Of a stretch of 64,000 nucleotides of DNA, positions 9,610 to 20,544 are shown one piece after another. The DNA comes from Lentisphaeria bacterium. Its GTDB lineage: Bacteria > Verrucomicrobiota > Lentisphaeria > JABSQK01 > JAWLHB01. Where the stretch lies: NCBI GenBank assembly GCA_041690595.1, contig JAWLHB010000007.1:124001-188000 (forward strand), read 5' to 3'. The notes under the pieces are model-generated. The model had not been told where the DNA came from. It saw nothing but the letters and a program-made list of their open reading frames with translations, and made no database searches. The translations under genes were made by a program, and so were the position numbers. Numbering within the stretch: the stretch's first letter is position 1; each line of letters starts with the position of its first letter.

Positions 9610-10542
9610 TCAGTCGAGGAAGCGCCGACCGATCACCTGCCAGCGCAGTTCCTGCTGCCGCCGCTCCGCCAGCCAGGGGGAGACAGCGCTCTTCTCTAGA
9701 GCGGCCAGACTGGCGATTTCTTCGTCCGAGCAGCGAAAAAGCACGGCTCGCGCCCGGCGGGCATCGAGGGCCTCCGTCAACCGCGCCAAGGCCCGCCGCC
9801 AGCGTCGGTGGTACCACATGTAGCGGAGAATGACCAACCCGATGGCGCCGAAGGCCAGGGCAAAGACGAGCGGCATCGGAAAGCTGTTCCACAACTCCGG
9901 CGGGCGCAAGCTGACGTTCAGAATCTGCGCCACCATCAGCGCGGCCAGTGCGCCCAGGATGATCACCGTATCCGTGGTGGTACGCAGGACGCCTCCCGCG
10001 ATGCGCCGAAAGGCGCTGGTCGCCGTCTGATACGCAAAGATCTCCTCATAGTTGAGGGAACGGAAGCTGACGTGCGCAATGTGGCAAAGCTCGTGCGTCA
10101 TCAGCTCGGTGCGGCTGTAGATGAGCCACTTTTCCCGCTTCTGGAAGGACTTGCGCAGGACGAAGAGGGCAAAGAAGTCTTCATAGCTGTAGAAGGCGCA
10201 CCCGGCATGCAGAAAGCCCATCTTGTAGTTGCTGAAGAAGCCGGGCACCCAGTCGATCTCGAACCCATACAACTCCGAGGTACGCGTGCGCGCGGCCTCG
10301 AAGACCGCGTTGGGAATGGCATCGTCCTGGCGCAGCTGCGTGCCCAGAAACTCCAGCTTGCCGTCGCGGCCAAGCTCCTGGCGCATCTCCGCGAAGTTGT
10401 CTCGCAGATTTGCCACGCGATCCGCCAGCTGTGCCGGAGACTCCTCCGGCCCGAGGATCAGCCCATGTTGGTCAAATCGTTCCAGTGCCTCGAGGTTTCC
10501 CTCGCGCACCTGCTGCAGTAGATTGCCGGTGAACAAGCTCAT
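9610..10542 (-). CDS. Membrane-anchored hypothetical protein with HExxH zincin motif
   Basis: THELCH followed by YEEIFAY (candidate third ligand), two C-terminal TM helices, no signal peptide. Confidence 0.7.
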   Translation of the reverse strand: MSLFTGNLLQQVREGNLEALERFDQHGLILGPEESPAQLADRVANLRDNFAEMRQELGRDGKLEFLGTQLRQDDAIPNAVFEAARTRTSELYGFEIDWVPGFFSNYKMGFLHAGCAFYSYEDFFALFVLRKSFQKREKWLIYSRTELMTHELCHIAHVSFRSLNYEEIFAYQTATSAFRRIAGGVLRTTTDTVIILGALAALMVAQILNVSLRPPELWNSFPMPLVFALAFGAIGLVILRYMWYHRRWRRALARLTEALDARRARAVLFRCSDEEIASLAALEKSAVSPWLAERRQQELRWQVIGRRFLD

Positions 10543-10609
10543 GCGCGCAAGCTAAAACCATATCCGCCAATTGCAAGCCACCCACCGGCAATCGCGGTGG
10601 CAGGGCACG

Positions 10610-10653
10610 AAAAAGCCCCTGCATGAAGGGCGATGGGACCTTCCTGAGGGGCT
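10610..10653 (-). terminator. Probable intrinsic terminator of the tRNA pair
   Basis: AGCCCCT...AGGGGCT stem followed by TTTT on the minus strand, about 40 nt downstream of tRNA-Phe. Confidence 0.6.
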
Positions 10654-10692
10654 CTATGTGCCTGCGATGGAAGAACCATGCAGGCGGAGAGG

Positions 10693-10768
10693 TGGTGGCA
10701 AGGGGCGGAATTGAACCGCCGACACAGGGATTTTCAGTCCCCTGCTCTACCAGCTGAGCTACCTCGCC
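10693..10768 (-). tRNA. tRNA-Phe(GAA)
   Basis: GGCGAGG/CCTTGCC acceptor stem, TAGCTCAGCTGGTAGAGC D arm, CTGAAAA anticodon loop, GGTTCAATTCC T arm, encoded CCA. Confidence 0.97.
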
Positions 10769-10776
10769 AGAAAAAG

Positions 10777-10853
10777 TGGTACGCCCATAGGGATTCGAAC
10801 CCCAAACCTTCTGGTCCGTAGCCAGACGCTCTATCCAATTGAGCTATGGGCGC
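10777..10853 (-). tRNA. tRNA-Arg(ACG)
   Basis: GCGCCCA/TGGGCGT acceptor stem, CTACGGA anticodon loop, GGTTCGAATCC T arm, encoded CCA. Confidence 0.97.
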
Positions 10854-10888
10854 ACACGTAAACAACAATCGCTCGTTGAATGGGTGTT

Positions 10889-10916
10889 ACAGTACAGGCG
10901 GATCTTCGACAGTCAA
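10889..10916 (-). promoter_or_regulatory. Sigma70-like promoter of the tRNA pair
   Basis: TTGACT-16 nt-TACTGT upstream of tRNA-Arg. Confidence 0.55.
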
Positions 10917-10978
10917 GCGGCCTGGGACGCTATTTCCGGGAAAATCTTGGACAAAGAAGCAGACACGGCTCTTTGGGC

Positions 10979-11007
10979 TTGATCGCGGAAGGTATCCCGG
11001 CTATTGT
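10979..11007 (+). promoter_or_regulatory. Sigma70-like promoter for the DUF3592/endonuclease III genes
   Basis: TTGATC-17 nt-TATTGT. Confidence 0.5.
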
Positions 11008-11033
11008 GGAGTCATTTACCCAAGAGGATGACG

Positions 11034-11702
11034 ATGATTGGATTAGTCGTGGGTGTGGTGATTTCGGCGGCGCTCTTTGCGTGGGCGGGCTATTACCTCT
11101 TCGGTCAGATTGCGAATCGGGGCTCCCTGCCGATGCTGGTGCGGCTGGGGCTGGCGCTGGCCGCTGCCATCGGCTTGATGCTCACCGCTCTCAATATGCG
11201 GCAACTGGCGGTGGCTTTCGCCCGACAGGCCTGGCCCACCGTGACGGGTGTCGTCACCGACGCCAAGGTGCTTGACGAATTCGATACCTGGCATATACAG
11301 GGGCAGGAGTTGATTCGGACGCCGCTGCCGGCGTCGCCCGAGCGCGATGACAAGGTCAAGCGCTATGAGCGCCTCAATCTGCGGCCCCAGATCAGCTTCC
11401 GCTGGGAACTGGCGGGACAGGATTATCAGGAAACGACCGATCTGGGCGTGCCGGGCTTCGGCGGCCGGCTCAATCGTCGTGATCTGGCGCTGAAGCTGTT
11501 GGCCACGCATGCACCGGGCTCCGAGGTGAACGTGCACTACAATCCTGACGATCCGGCGGAAGGTTACCTTCGCGCCGGTCCGCATTGGGAGCAGTTCGGA
11601 CGCCTGGCGCTTGGCGTGCTGCTGCTGGGGATCGGCTCCGGCGGACTGCTGGTGCGCCGTGAGGAGGCAGGGGGACCGGTCGAGGAGCCGGCCCGGGCAT
11701 GA
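11034..11702 (+). CDS. DUF3592-family membrane protein
   Basis: TM helices, WPTVTGVV, GSEVNVHYNPDDP, C-terminal TM; start 11028 or 11034 after AAGAGGA. Confidence 0.75.
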   Translation: MIGLVVGVVISAALFAWAGYYLFGQIANRGSLPMLVRLGLALAAAIGLMLTALNMRQLAVAFARQAWPTVTGVVTDAKVLDEFDTWHIQGQELIRTPLPASPERDDKVKRYERLNLRPQISFRWELAGQDYQETTDLGVPGFGGRLNRRDLALKLLATHAPGSEVNVHYNPDDPAEGYLRAGPHWEQFGRLALGVLLLGIGSGGLLVRREEAGGPVEEPARA

Positions 11703-12367
11703 TGAGTAGCGGCGAGCCGATTCTGCTGCGGCTCTATCATGACCTGCTGGCGCGTTTCGGACCCCAGGCGTGGTGGCCGGGCGAGACGCCGTGGGAGATT
11801 GCCACAGGCGCGGTGTTGACCCAGAACACCAACTGGAGCAACGTCGAGCGGGCGATTTCCAGCCTGCATGAGGCGGCGGCGATGGAGCCGGAGATCGTGG
11901 CATCGCTGCCGGTGACGCGGGTGGCTGCCCTTATTCGCTCGTCGGGCACCCACAACGTGAAGGCTGAACGGCTGCACTCCCTGGCTCGATGGTGGATGGC
12001 GAACGCGCCCGCGGCGGGAGCGCGGCTGTTGCCCCTTCACGTTGCCCGCGAGTCGCTCCTGGGCGTGCATGGTATTGGTCCTGAAACGGCGGACAGCATC
12101 CTGCTCTATTCCTTCGGCTATCCCACCTTTGTGGTGGACGCCTACACGCGGCGCTTCCTGGTCCGCCACAACCTGGCGACATCTGGTGCGTCCTATGACG
12201 ACATTCAGGCGCGATTTCAGGCGCAATTACCGGCGGAGGCCACCCTCTACAACGAGTATCATGCGCTCATCGTCATGCTCGGCAAGTGCTACTGCCGCCC
12301 GCGGCCACTCTGCCCGAACTGCCCTCTGGCATGGCACCTGAGCCAGTGGCGGGCAGGTATGGCGTAA
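11699..12367 (+). CDS. Endonuclease III-related HhH-GPD DNA glycosylase
   Basis: GAVLTQNTNWSNVE, GIGPETADSILLY, VVDAYTRR, C-terminal Cys cluster CYC..PLC..C. Confidence 0.9.
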   Translation: MMSSGEPILLRLYHDLLARFGPQAWWPGETPWEIATGAVLTQNTNWSNVERAISSLHEAAAMEPEIVASLPVTRVAALIRSSGTHNVKAERLHSLARWWMANAPAAGARLLPLHVARESLLGVHGIGPETADSILLYSFGYPTFVVDAYTRRFLVRHNLATSGASYDDIQARFQAQLPAEATLYNEYHALIVMLGKCYCRPRPLCPNCPLAWHLSQWRAGMA

Positions 12368-12518
12368 CGGGCAAAATTGGCCTGTGCGGGTGGCATTGCG
12401 CGGGTCAGCCATTACTTTATGGGCGGGGCCGTTTTCAACGGCGAGGAGCTGGCTGTCGCAGTTTTGCGAAAGCCAAACCGGAACTCTCATGTGAAGTCGC
12501 AATCGCGCAGATTCGCCC

Positions 12519-13529
12519 ATGTATTGGTACTATAAGGCCATCTTCATCGTGATCGCGGTGCTGCTCTTGGGCGGTATTGTCTATGGATTGCGAGGATTCA
12601 TACCCACCAGCATGCCCGGGTGGTTCGACAAGAAGCAGGAAGTGAGTGTGCCGGATCCTGATCCGCCGCCGCCACCACCGCCGGTTTCAGTCGGCAATAC
12701 CGAGCGTCTTCCGGCGGATGGCGGCAGCGTTACCGCGAGCGAGCCGCCGACGCCCGCCGCGGAGCCCATGCCGACCGATCCGTATTCCCTGCAGGTGGCG
12801 GAGAGGATAGCCTTGGCGCAGCGCCATGTACAGGACAACAAGGCGATGGTCGCGCGCGGTCTGCTCGACAGCCTGCTGCGGGATCCGGAGTTGAAGCCGT
12901 ACTCCCCATACTGGTACAAGGCCGCGGAGATTATCGGCGATATCAACACGCAAATCATTTTCAGTGATATTCCAGTTCCCGAAAAGGTCACGCATATCGT
13001 CAAGCGCGGCGATACAGTCTGGGGAATTGCCAAGCAGTACGGCGAGACCATGTCGATGGTGATGCGGGGGAACAACATCAATCCGAGCAAGCCGAGCCTT
13101 CATCCCGGGCAGGTGCTGAAAATCTATGATGCCGAGTGGGCGATCGACGTGAGCAAGACGCACAGTGTTCTGGTGCTGAAAGATGGGCCGCGGCTCTTCA
13201 AGATCTATCGAATCGGCATTGGCCGCCAGGATCGTACGCCGGTTGGCACCTTCAAGATCGATACAAAAGAATCAGAGCCGATCTGGACCTATGCCGGCAA
13301 GAAATACGCGTATGGCGATCCGGCTAATGTGCTGGGGACACGGTGGATGGGGCTGACCTCTGTCGGCACGACGAATCCGCTGTTCGAAGGCTATGGCATC
13401 CATGGCACCTGGGAGCCGGACAGCATTGGCAAAGCCCGCAGCAATGGCTGCGTACGCATGCTCAACGAGCAGGTGGAAGAATTGTTCGACATCGTCCCGT
13501 ACGGCACTCAGGTCGTCATCCATGAATAA
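12519..13529 (+). CDS. LysM-domain L,D-transpeptidase (YkuD family)
   Basis: N-terminal TM, LysM HIVKRGDTVWGIAKQY, catalytic GIHGT...SNGCVRM. Confidence 0.92.
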   Translation: MYWYYKAIFIVIAVLLLGGIVYGLRGFIPTSMPGWFDKKQEVSVPDPDPPPPPPPVSVGNTERLPADGGSVTASEPPTPAAEPMPTDPYSLQVAERIALAQRHVQDNKAMVARGLLDSLLRDPELKPYSPYWYKAAEIIGDINTQIIFSDIPVPEKVTHIVKRGDTVWGIAKQYGETMSMVMRGNNINPSKPSLHPGQVLKIYDAEWAIDVSKTHSVLVLKDGPRLFKIYRIGIGRQDRTPVGTFKIDTKESEPIWTYAGKKYAYGDPANVLGTRWMGLTSVGTTNPLFEGYGIHGTWEPDSIGKARSNGCVRMLNEQVEELFDIVPYGTQVVIHE

Positions 13530-13550
13530 GAAGTTTACCATCGGTGTACA

Positions 13551-14528
13551 ATGAAGAAAGCCGTCCTGGAATTCGAGCGTCCGATATTTGAACTCGAGCA
13601 GAAGGTCGAAGAGCTTCGACGCTTCGGGACCGTCAACGACGTTGACGTCGATCAGGGCATTCAGTTGCTGCTGGAGAAGATTGCGGAGACCCGCCGGCAG
13701 ATCTACCAGAATCTGACGCCGATTCAGAAGGTGCAGTTGGCGCGTCACCCCGACCGCCCGTATGCGAATGACTACATCGGCTTCATGTGCACGGATTTTG
13801 TCGAGCTGAGGGGTGATCGCCGCTTTGCCAACGATAAGGCGATGATCGGTGGTTTCGCCAAGCTGGACGGTCTTCCGGTGATGATTATCGGCCAGCAGAA
13901 GGGGCGCGACGTCAAGGAGAATGTTTCCCGGAATTTCGGCATGTGCCATCCGGAAGGATACCGCAAGGCCTTGCGGTTGATGCAGCTGGCGGACAAGGCA
14001 AAGGTGCCGATCATCTGCTTGATCGACACGCCCGGTGCCTATCCGGGCATTGCGTCGGAGGAGCGTCACGTGGGGGAGGCTATCGCCGTGAACCTGCGGG
14101 AGATGTTCAACCTGAGTGTGCCGATTATTTGCATCGTCATTGGCGAAGGCGGCAGTGGTGGGGCGCTGGGTATCGGGATCGGCAATCGGGTGCTCATCAT
14201 GCAGTACGCCTATTACTCGGTCATCACCCCCGAAGGGTGTGCCGCGATTCTCTGGAAGAGTCAGACTACGGACGAGGGGCTTTCCACGGCCGCGTGCGCC
14301 GCGGAAGCGCTCAAGATCACCAGCAGCGATCTATTGCAGCTCGGGCTGGTCGATGGTATCATTCCCGAACCGGAAGGCGGAGCCAATCAGGACCCGGAGC
14401 GGGCCAAGTGCCTGGTCAAGGAAGCGATCCTGCAGCACCTGAAGGAGCTGACCGCCATGACGCCGGACGAGCTTCGTGAGGATCGCTACCAGAAGTTCCG
14501 CCGCATGGGCATCTTCAGCGAAGCCTGA
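13551..14528 (+). CDS. accA: Acetyl-CoA carboxylase carboxyltransferase alpha subunit
   Basis: LEFERPI, ARHPDRP, FGMCHPEGYRKALR, IDTPGAYPG, GEGGSGGALG. Confidence 0.97.
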   Translation: MKKAVLEFERPIFELEQKVEELRRFGTVNDVDVDQGIQLLLEKIAETRRQIYQNLTPIQKVQLARHPDRPYANDYIGFMCTDFVELRGDRRFANDKAMIGGFAKLDGLPVMIIGQQKGRDVKENVSRNFGMCHPEGYRKALRLMQLADKAKVPIICLIDTPGAYPGIASEERHVGEAIAVNLREMFNLSVPIICIVIGEGGSGGALGIGIGNRVLIMQYAYYSVITPEGCAAILWKSQTTDEGLSTAACAAEALKITSSDLLQLGLVDGIIPEPEGGANQDPERAKCLVKEAILQHLKELTAMTPDELREDRYQKFRRMGIFSEA

Positions 14529-14539
14529 TCGCCGCGAGC

Positions 14540-16993
14540 TTACTTGGATTGGCCCGTGATCTGACGGATCTTGTCCGCCTCCGAAATCTCCGGATCCAGT
14601 TCCACCGCCTTGCGCAGGTGGCGGATCCCTTCTTCCCGCTGGTTGAGGAACTGGTAATACAGCACCCCAAGCTCCTTGTGCCCGAGGGCAAACTCCGGTT
14701 TGACCGCGACGGCATGCTGAAGGTATTTCTCTGCGTCCTGGTGACGGCCGAGGCTGCGGAGGGCCGAGCCGAGATTGAACCAGACTCGCTCGTTTTCCGG
14801 ACTGAGCCTCGTCTCCAGGCGGAACTCCGCCAGCGCTTCTTCCTGCAGCTTGTGCCGCTCCTCTTCGGTAAGCTCCGGATTCTTGGCTCGTTCCAGAAAT
14901 ACCGCCGCGATGTTGTTGTGCAGCCGGGGATAGTTGGGCATCAGCTCGTTGAGTTTGAAGTAGTACTCCAGTGCCTTGTCGCTCTCCCCGAGTTTCGCAT
15001 AAGTCACGGCGAGATCGAAGAGACTGTTGGGCGACCACGGATAGACTTCCAGCACCTTCTCGAACTCCTCGATCGCGAGGTTCAGGTAGCGCCGGCGTTC
15101 GTTGCCCGTTGTTTTCTCGCTGTTTTCGATGTAGGACTTGCCGATGTAGGCATTCACCTTACGCCGCGCCGGCAACTGCTTCTCGGCCAGCTTGGCATAC
15201 CTGTAAACCTGGTCCCACATCTGCTGCCTGGCCGCGGCTGACGTATAGACATAGGCGCCATCGCAGCGGATGCGCCGGAGCTGCAGGCTGCCAAGCGCCA
15301 GGAGCCCGATCAGCGCCGCTGCCGCGCCCGCGACCGCAATGGCAGGTTTCATCGACACGGCCCGGCCCTTGCCGCGATACTGCCGATCCCAGCCACTCAA
15401 GGCTGCCAGCAGCATGGCGACAAGAAGTGGCGGAATCGCCTTCTGCAGCGGCGAGCTGAAGATGGCATTCACGCCCATCCCCGCCAGGGCGATGAAGATG
15501 CCCAGGATCAGCAGCAGATCCTCCGTCTCCCGCCGCCAGAGCCGCACAAAGAGAATGGCGACGGTGATGGCTGTCCAAACCAGCAGCAGCAGCCCGACCG
15601 TGCCGGTCTCGGACCAGAGCTGCATGTAATCGTTGTGGGTGTTGGTAATCTGAATCTTGTCGGTGAACATGGGCTCCCCATCCACCAGACCATCGTAGAT
15701 CGGGAAATAAATGCCGAAATTGCCGACACCCGTGCCGAGGAGGGGGCGGTCCTTGATCAGCAGCAGCGTGTTGCGCCAGACCTTGAGGCGGCCGGCGAAT
15801 GAGGCTTCCGCGCTGATTCGCGGCTTGACGGCGCGTTTTCCGGACTCCCGGGCGACGGCCGTTGGGGGGGCGACCCCTTCGTCCACCAGAATTGGTGGCG
15901 GCGGCGCTTCGTCGATCTCCGTGAACTCCTGCACCTTGACGACTTCGCCCCGGATGCGGTCGAGCTGCGGCTTGAGGGTCCACTGGAAGCCGGTGGGGGT
16001 GAGATGGATCATGAGGAGGAGGAAGAGAAAACCGACTCCAGCGGCGGCGGCTCGGTTGGCGGAGAAGGTGGCCCGGAAGGCGGGCAGTCGCAGAAGAATG
16101 AAGAGAGCCCACAAGAGGAGCTGAACCGCAAAGGCCAGCCATCCGGCCCGGGTGCCGGTATAGAACAGGTAGGCGATCATGATGGCACAGGTAAAGGTAT
16201 AGATCCACCAGACCGGCAGGCTGATATCGTCGGACTCGCTATCGCCACGAACCAGAGGAATGCGCCAGGTGCCGCGAAGCATGAAGGCCATTCCCAGGGC
16301 CAGCGCCGGCACCACCACATGCACCGCAAAGTTCTTGTTGGCAAAGGTGGCCGCCGGAGGTGCGACCTGCTGCACGATGTCGAGCCCGAAGAGGTGCTGG
16401 CAGACCCCCAGGAGAGCGACCCCGAAGCCCGCGAAATGGAGCGTGCGCAGGAGGATGCGCAGCCAGAAGCGATGGCGGAAGATCTGTACCGCCAGGAAGA
16501 GCAGCGTGCCGCAGGCCAGCCAGTGGCCCCAGACCACGAGGTGCTCGAAGCGATTGATGCTCCAGAAGTACGAGAGCCCGGCCCACGTCAGGAAGAGTCC
16601 CAGTGGAAGAAAGATCGGGGATCCGATGACCAGACGATCGCGCGACAGTGCCTGGTAGCCGAACCAGAGCGCCAGCAGCAGCAGCGAGATGACCTGAACA
16701 TAGACCATCTGCGGCAGGTTCGAGATGTTGTAGAGCTTGGGGCCGAACATGAAGGGGGCTGCCGCCACCAGAGCAAGAAAGCAGATCGCCAGGATATTAC
16801 GCAGTTGACGATCCCGGTCGACCACGGTCAGCGGGCTGGCGCCTTCCTCTTTCGAAAGTTCCGCGAGTACGGCTTCCACCTCGGTGGGTGGCATGTTCAC
16901 CGCTTTCGAGATCTCGCGCAAGGGCCGACGTTCCGCCGCCATCCGCAGGATCAACTTGCGCTTCGTATTCGATAGGTTCAACTGCTTCTCCAT
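14540..16993 (-). CDS. O-antigen ligase-like (Wzy_C) polytopic membrane protein with C-terminal TPR repeats
   Basis: About 12 TMs, ATFANKN, TGTRAGW, GRLKVW...PLLGTGVGNF, THNDYMQLWSETG, then TPRs; GGAGAG RBS before ATG 16993. Confidence 0.85.
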   Translation of the reverse strand: MEKQLNLSNTKRKLILRMAAERRPLREISKAVNMPPTEVEAVLAELSKEEGASPLTVVDRDRQLRNILAICFLALVAAAPFMFGPKLYNISNLPQMVYVQVISLLLLALWFGYQALSRDRLVIGSPIFLPLGLFLTWAGLSYFWSINRFEHLVVWGHWLACGTLLFLAVQIFRHRFWLRILLRTLHFAGFGVALLGVCQHLFGLDIVQQVAPPAATFANKNFAVHVVVPALALGMAFMLRGTWRIPLVRGDSESDDISLPVWWIYTFTCAIMIAYLFYTGTRAGWLAFAVQLLLWALFILLRLPAFRATFSANRAAAAGVGFLFLLLMIHLTPTGFQWTLKPQLDRIRGEVVKVQEFTEIDEAPPPPILVDEGVAPPTAVARESGKRAVKPRISAEASFAGRLKVWRNTLLLIKDRPLLGTGVGNFGIYFPIYDGLVDGEPMFTDKIQITNTHNDYMQLWSETGTVGLLLLVWTAITVAILFVRLWRRETEDLLLILGIFIALAGMGVNAIFSSPLQKAIPPLLVAMLLAALSGWDRQYRGKGRAVSMKPAIAVAGAAAALIGLLALGSLQLRRIRCDGAYVYTSAAARQQMWDQVYRYAKLAEKQLPARRKVNAYIGKSYIENSEKTTGNERRRYLNLAIEEFEKVLEVYPWSPNSLFDLAVTYAKLGESDKALEYYFKLNELMPNYPRLHNNIAAVFLERAKNPELTEEERHKLQEEALAEFRLETRLSPENERVWFNLGSALRSLGRHQDAEKYLQHAVAVKPEFALGHKELGVLYYQFLNQREEGIRHLRKAVELDPEISEADKIRQITGQSK

Positions 16994-17088
16994 CTCTCCA
17001 CAACCTCGACAATCCGGCACATAAAGGGCCGAAATCTACAGGCACGACCAGCCCTTGTCAAGGATTCGCGATCGCTGCCGATCACGAA

Positions 17089-17520
17089 TGACCGCCCTAC
17101 GGGGCCGCTCGCATGGTACTTGGGGAGATCGCCCTGCGCATTGCCCATCAGGAAGATTTCGCGTTTGAAACGACGTTGTCCGGCCGGGGTTATCTTGGAC
17201 GGGTTCGCGAAATGCGCAGAAGCGGCTATCGTTGTCACATGTTCTATTTGTGGCTGCCAACTGCCGAAATGGCTCTGGAGCGTATCCTCGACAGGGTTGA
17301 AAACGGTGGACATAATGTGCCCGAGGCAGATGTCCGGCGGCGCTACTCCAGAACACTTCACAACCTCTTCAAGCTTTACCGGCCCAATCTGGATACCTTG
17401 CACTTCTTTGACAATTCGACGGACGAACCTCGTCTCGTCTTCCATGACGAACACGGCAACGTGACCGTTTTGGATCAGGCGCTTTACGATCGTTTGCTCT
17501 CATCTGGAGAACGACCATGA
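17089..17520 (+). pseudogene. 5'-truncated zeta-toxin-like/predicted ABC-type ATPase
   Basis: FAFETTLSG and RVENGGHNVPEADVRRRY motifs present, but there is no P-loop and an in-frame TGA at 17089 bounds the ORF. Confidence 0.75.
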
Positions 17521-17735
17521 CACCATTACCAGAAGATACGCTCACCGCACGAGCTGTCGCCGCCATGCGGGCCGCGGTCAAGAATGTGGTGGAGGATCAT
17601 CGACGGCGCGGGAAGCCGCTCGTTCTCTGGCGAAACGGCAAGATCGTCAGGGAAATGCCCGCGGCATCGCCTTCGATCAGGGAAGCAGAGACTTCCTACA
17701 ATACGGAAGCTCAGATGGATGACCATGAAGATTGA
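17517..17735 (+). CDS. Small protein typically paired with zeta-like ATPases (putative antitoxin-like partner)
   Basis: 72 aa, AMRAAVKNVVEDHRRRGKPLVLWRNGKIV; ATGA overlap with the ATPase remnant. Confidence 0.7.
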   Translation: MTPLPEDTLTARAVAAMRAAVKNVVEDHRRRGKPLVLWRNGKIVREMPAASPSIREAETSYNTEAQMDDHED

Positions 17736-17743
17736 CCGGTGAC

Positions 17744-17798
17744 GCCATCGCATGATCGTCCATGCCATCGCATGACCGTCCATACCGTCCATACCGTC
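17744..17798. repeat. Short nested tandem repeats
   Basis: GCCATCGCATGAYCGTCCAT x2, overlapping ACCGTCCAT x2.7, between convergent genes. Confidence 0.7.
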
Positions 17799-17800
17799 TG

Positions 17801-19104
17801 CTAAACTGGGTGATGCGTGAGGCGGGGATCGATGAGAAGGATGTGCGGGAATGCGCAGCGATCGTGGCCGTCGATGCGTTTCACCTCGGGACGTACCGCC
17901 AGCAGGAGGGTTTCGGCGTCCTCCAACTCGACGGCGAAGGGGACGGGCGGCTGGCCAGGTACCAGCTCGAGGCTGAAACGCTCGCGGAAGGGTGGCGCAT
18001 AGTGGAGGTCGCTGACAACCTGCGTATCCCAGACGGGAGCCGTGGCGACGATGAAAGTTACCGGCAAGTCGGGATCCTGTCCGTCGGTGTAACGGTCGGA
18101 GAGGGCGATGGCGCCCTTCACCAGGTCAAAGGCGCCAGGTTCGAGCAGGAAGCGGATGCTGTGGAAGGCACACATGCCATAGCCGGTCCGGGGCTGACCG
18201 CCGTACTCGAGCGGGACCATTCTGCCGTCGACCACGTGCTGGTTGACTGGAACCAGAGAGGCGTAAGGTCCACCGGGATGGATGTAGCGAGGCACAGCCT
18301 CGATGAGTGGCAGCGGGGGCGTCTTCGGCACGGTCGATCCGGCCAGGACGATGGCGGTATGCAGCAGCGAGGCAGTCTGCAGAACCACATCCTGGTAAAT
18401 CGGTGCGAATAACCGCGCGAGCTTGCCATCGTCGCCAGCCTGGGCAGCGTCGATGGAATCGATCATGATCTGGCGGGTTCGCAGATGGTTACGTTCCACC
18501 ATGAAGCCGAGACGTTGGACAACTTCGGCGGCGGTGCGGCCGAGAAGGAGGGGCTCGACCGGATGAAGCTCCGGCTCGACATTATCGAAGATGCGGTGGA
18601 AGTAGAGGATGCGCGAGGGATCCGGCTGGCGGAACTCATGGAAGAGGCGGTTGGGATGGAGGTGGCCGAGGTTGGCGCTGTCGTGGAAGAAGTGCAGCAT
18701 GGCGGCGAGGGTGAGTTCGGCTTTGTGCAGCTCGCCGTCGCGGACTTCATCGAGAAGTCTGGGAATGAAGTACCGGGGGATCTGGCGCCAGCCATGGTTG
18801 TCCCAGAACTGCTCGCCGCTCCAGACGGGATCGCCGACCGGGCCGACCGCGCCATGGGGAAGGGGGCGCCCATCGGGCATGAGCCATGGGGGGAAGGCGT
18901 GGGTATCTTCCTGGCGCCAACCGAGGTAATCGAGGCTGTTGGAGTAGAGCGAGATCTTGTCATCGACGGAGGAAGGGGCGGGCTGGCGACGCAGGCATTC
19001 GGGCGCGCCGGGCGGCAGCTCGGGGGCGAGATTCCAGGCAGCCTTGTCGGTGGCGGAGAGGGAGTGCCAGGCGGTGAGCCCGAGGCGGCTATGCATGGGG
19101 GTGT

Positions 19105-19108
<4 letters not shown>
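17801..19108 (-). CDS. S1/P1 nuclease / zinc phospholipase C-fold protein with NPCBM-like C-terminal domain
   Basis: His6, SNSLD, HFFHDSANLGH (HxxxDxxxxxH), HRIFD; C-terminal GYGMCAFHSIRFLL beta-sandwich; ATGA overlap with the response regulator. Confidence 0.65.
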
Positions 19109-20541
<1,433 letters not shown>

Positions 20542-20544
20542 GGG

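Noticed and set aside
10560..10860. tRNA pair as an integration site for an island or prophage
   Set aside because: No integrase seen and no duplicated tRNA 3' end noticed in the window
12650..12685. CCG-rich run in the L,D-transpeptidase gene
   Set aside because: Simply encodes a poly-proline linker
17744..17798. Repeats as a mini-CRISPR
   Set aside because: Units are directly adjacent with no spacers, and no cas genes are present
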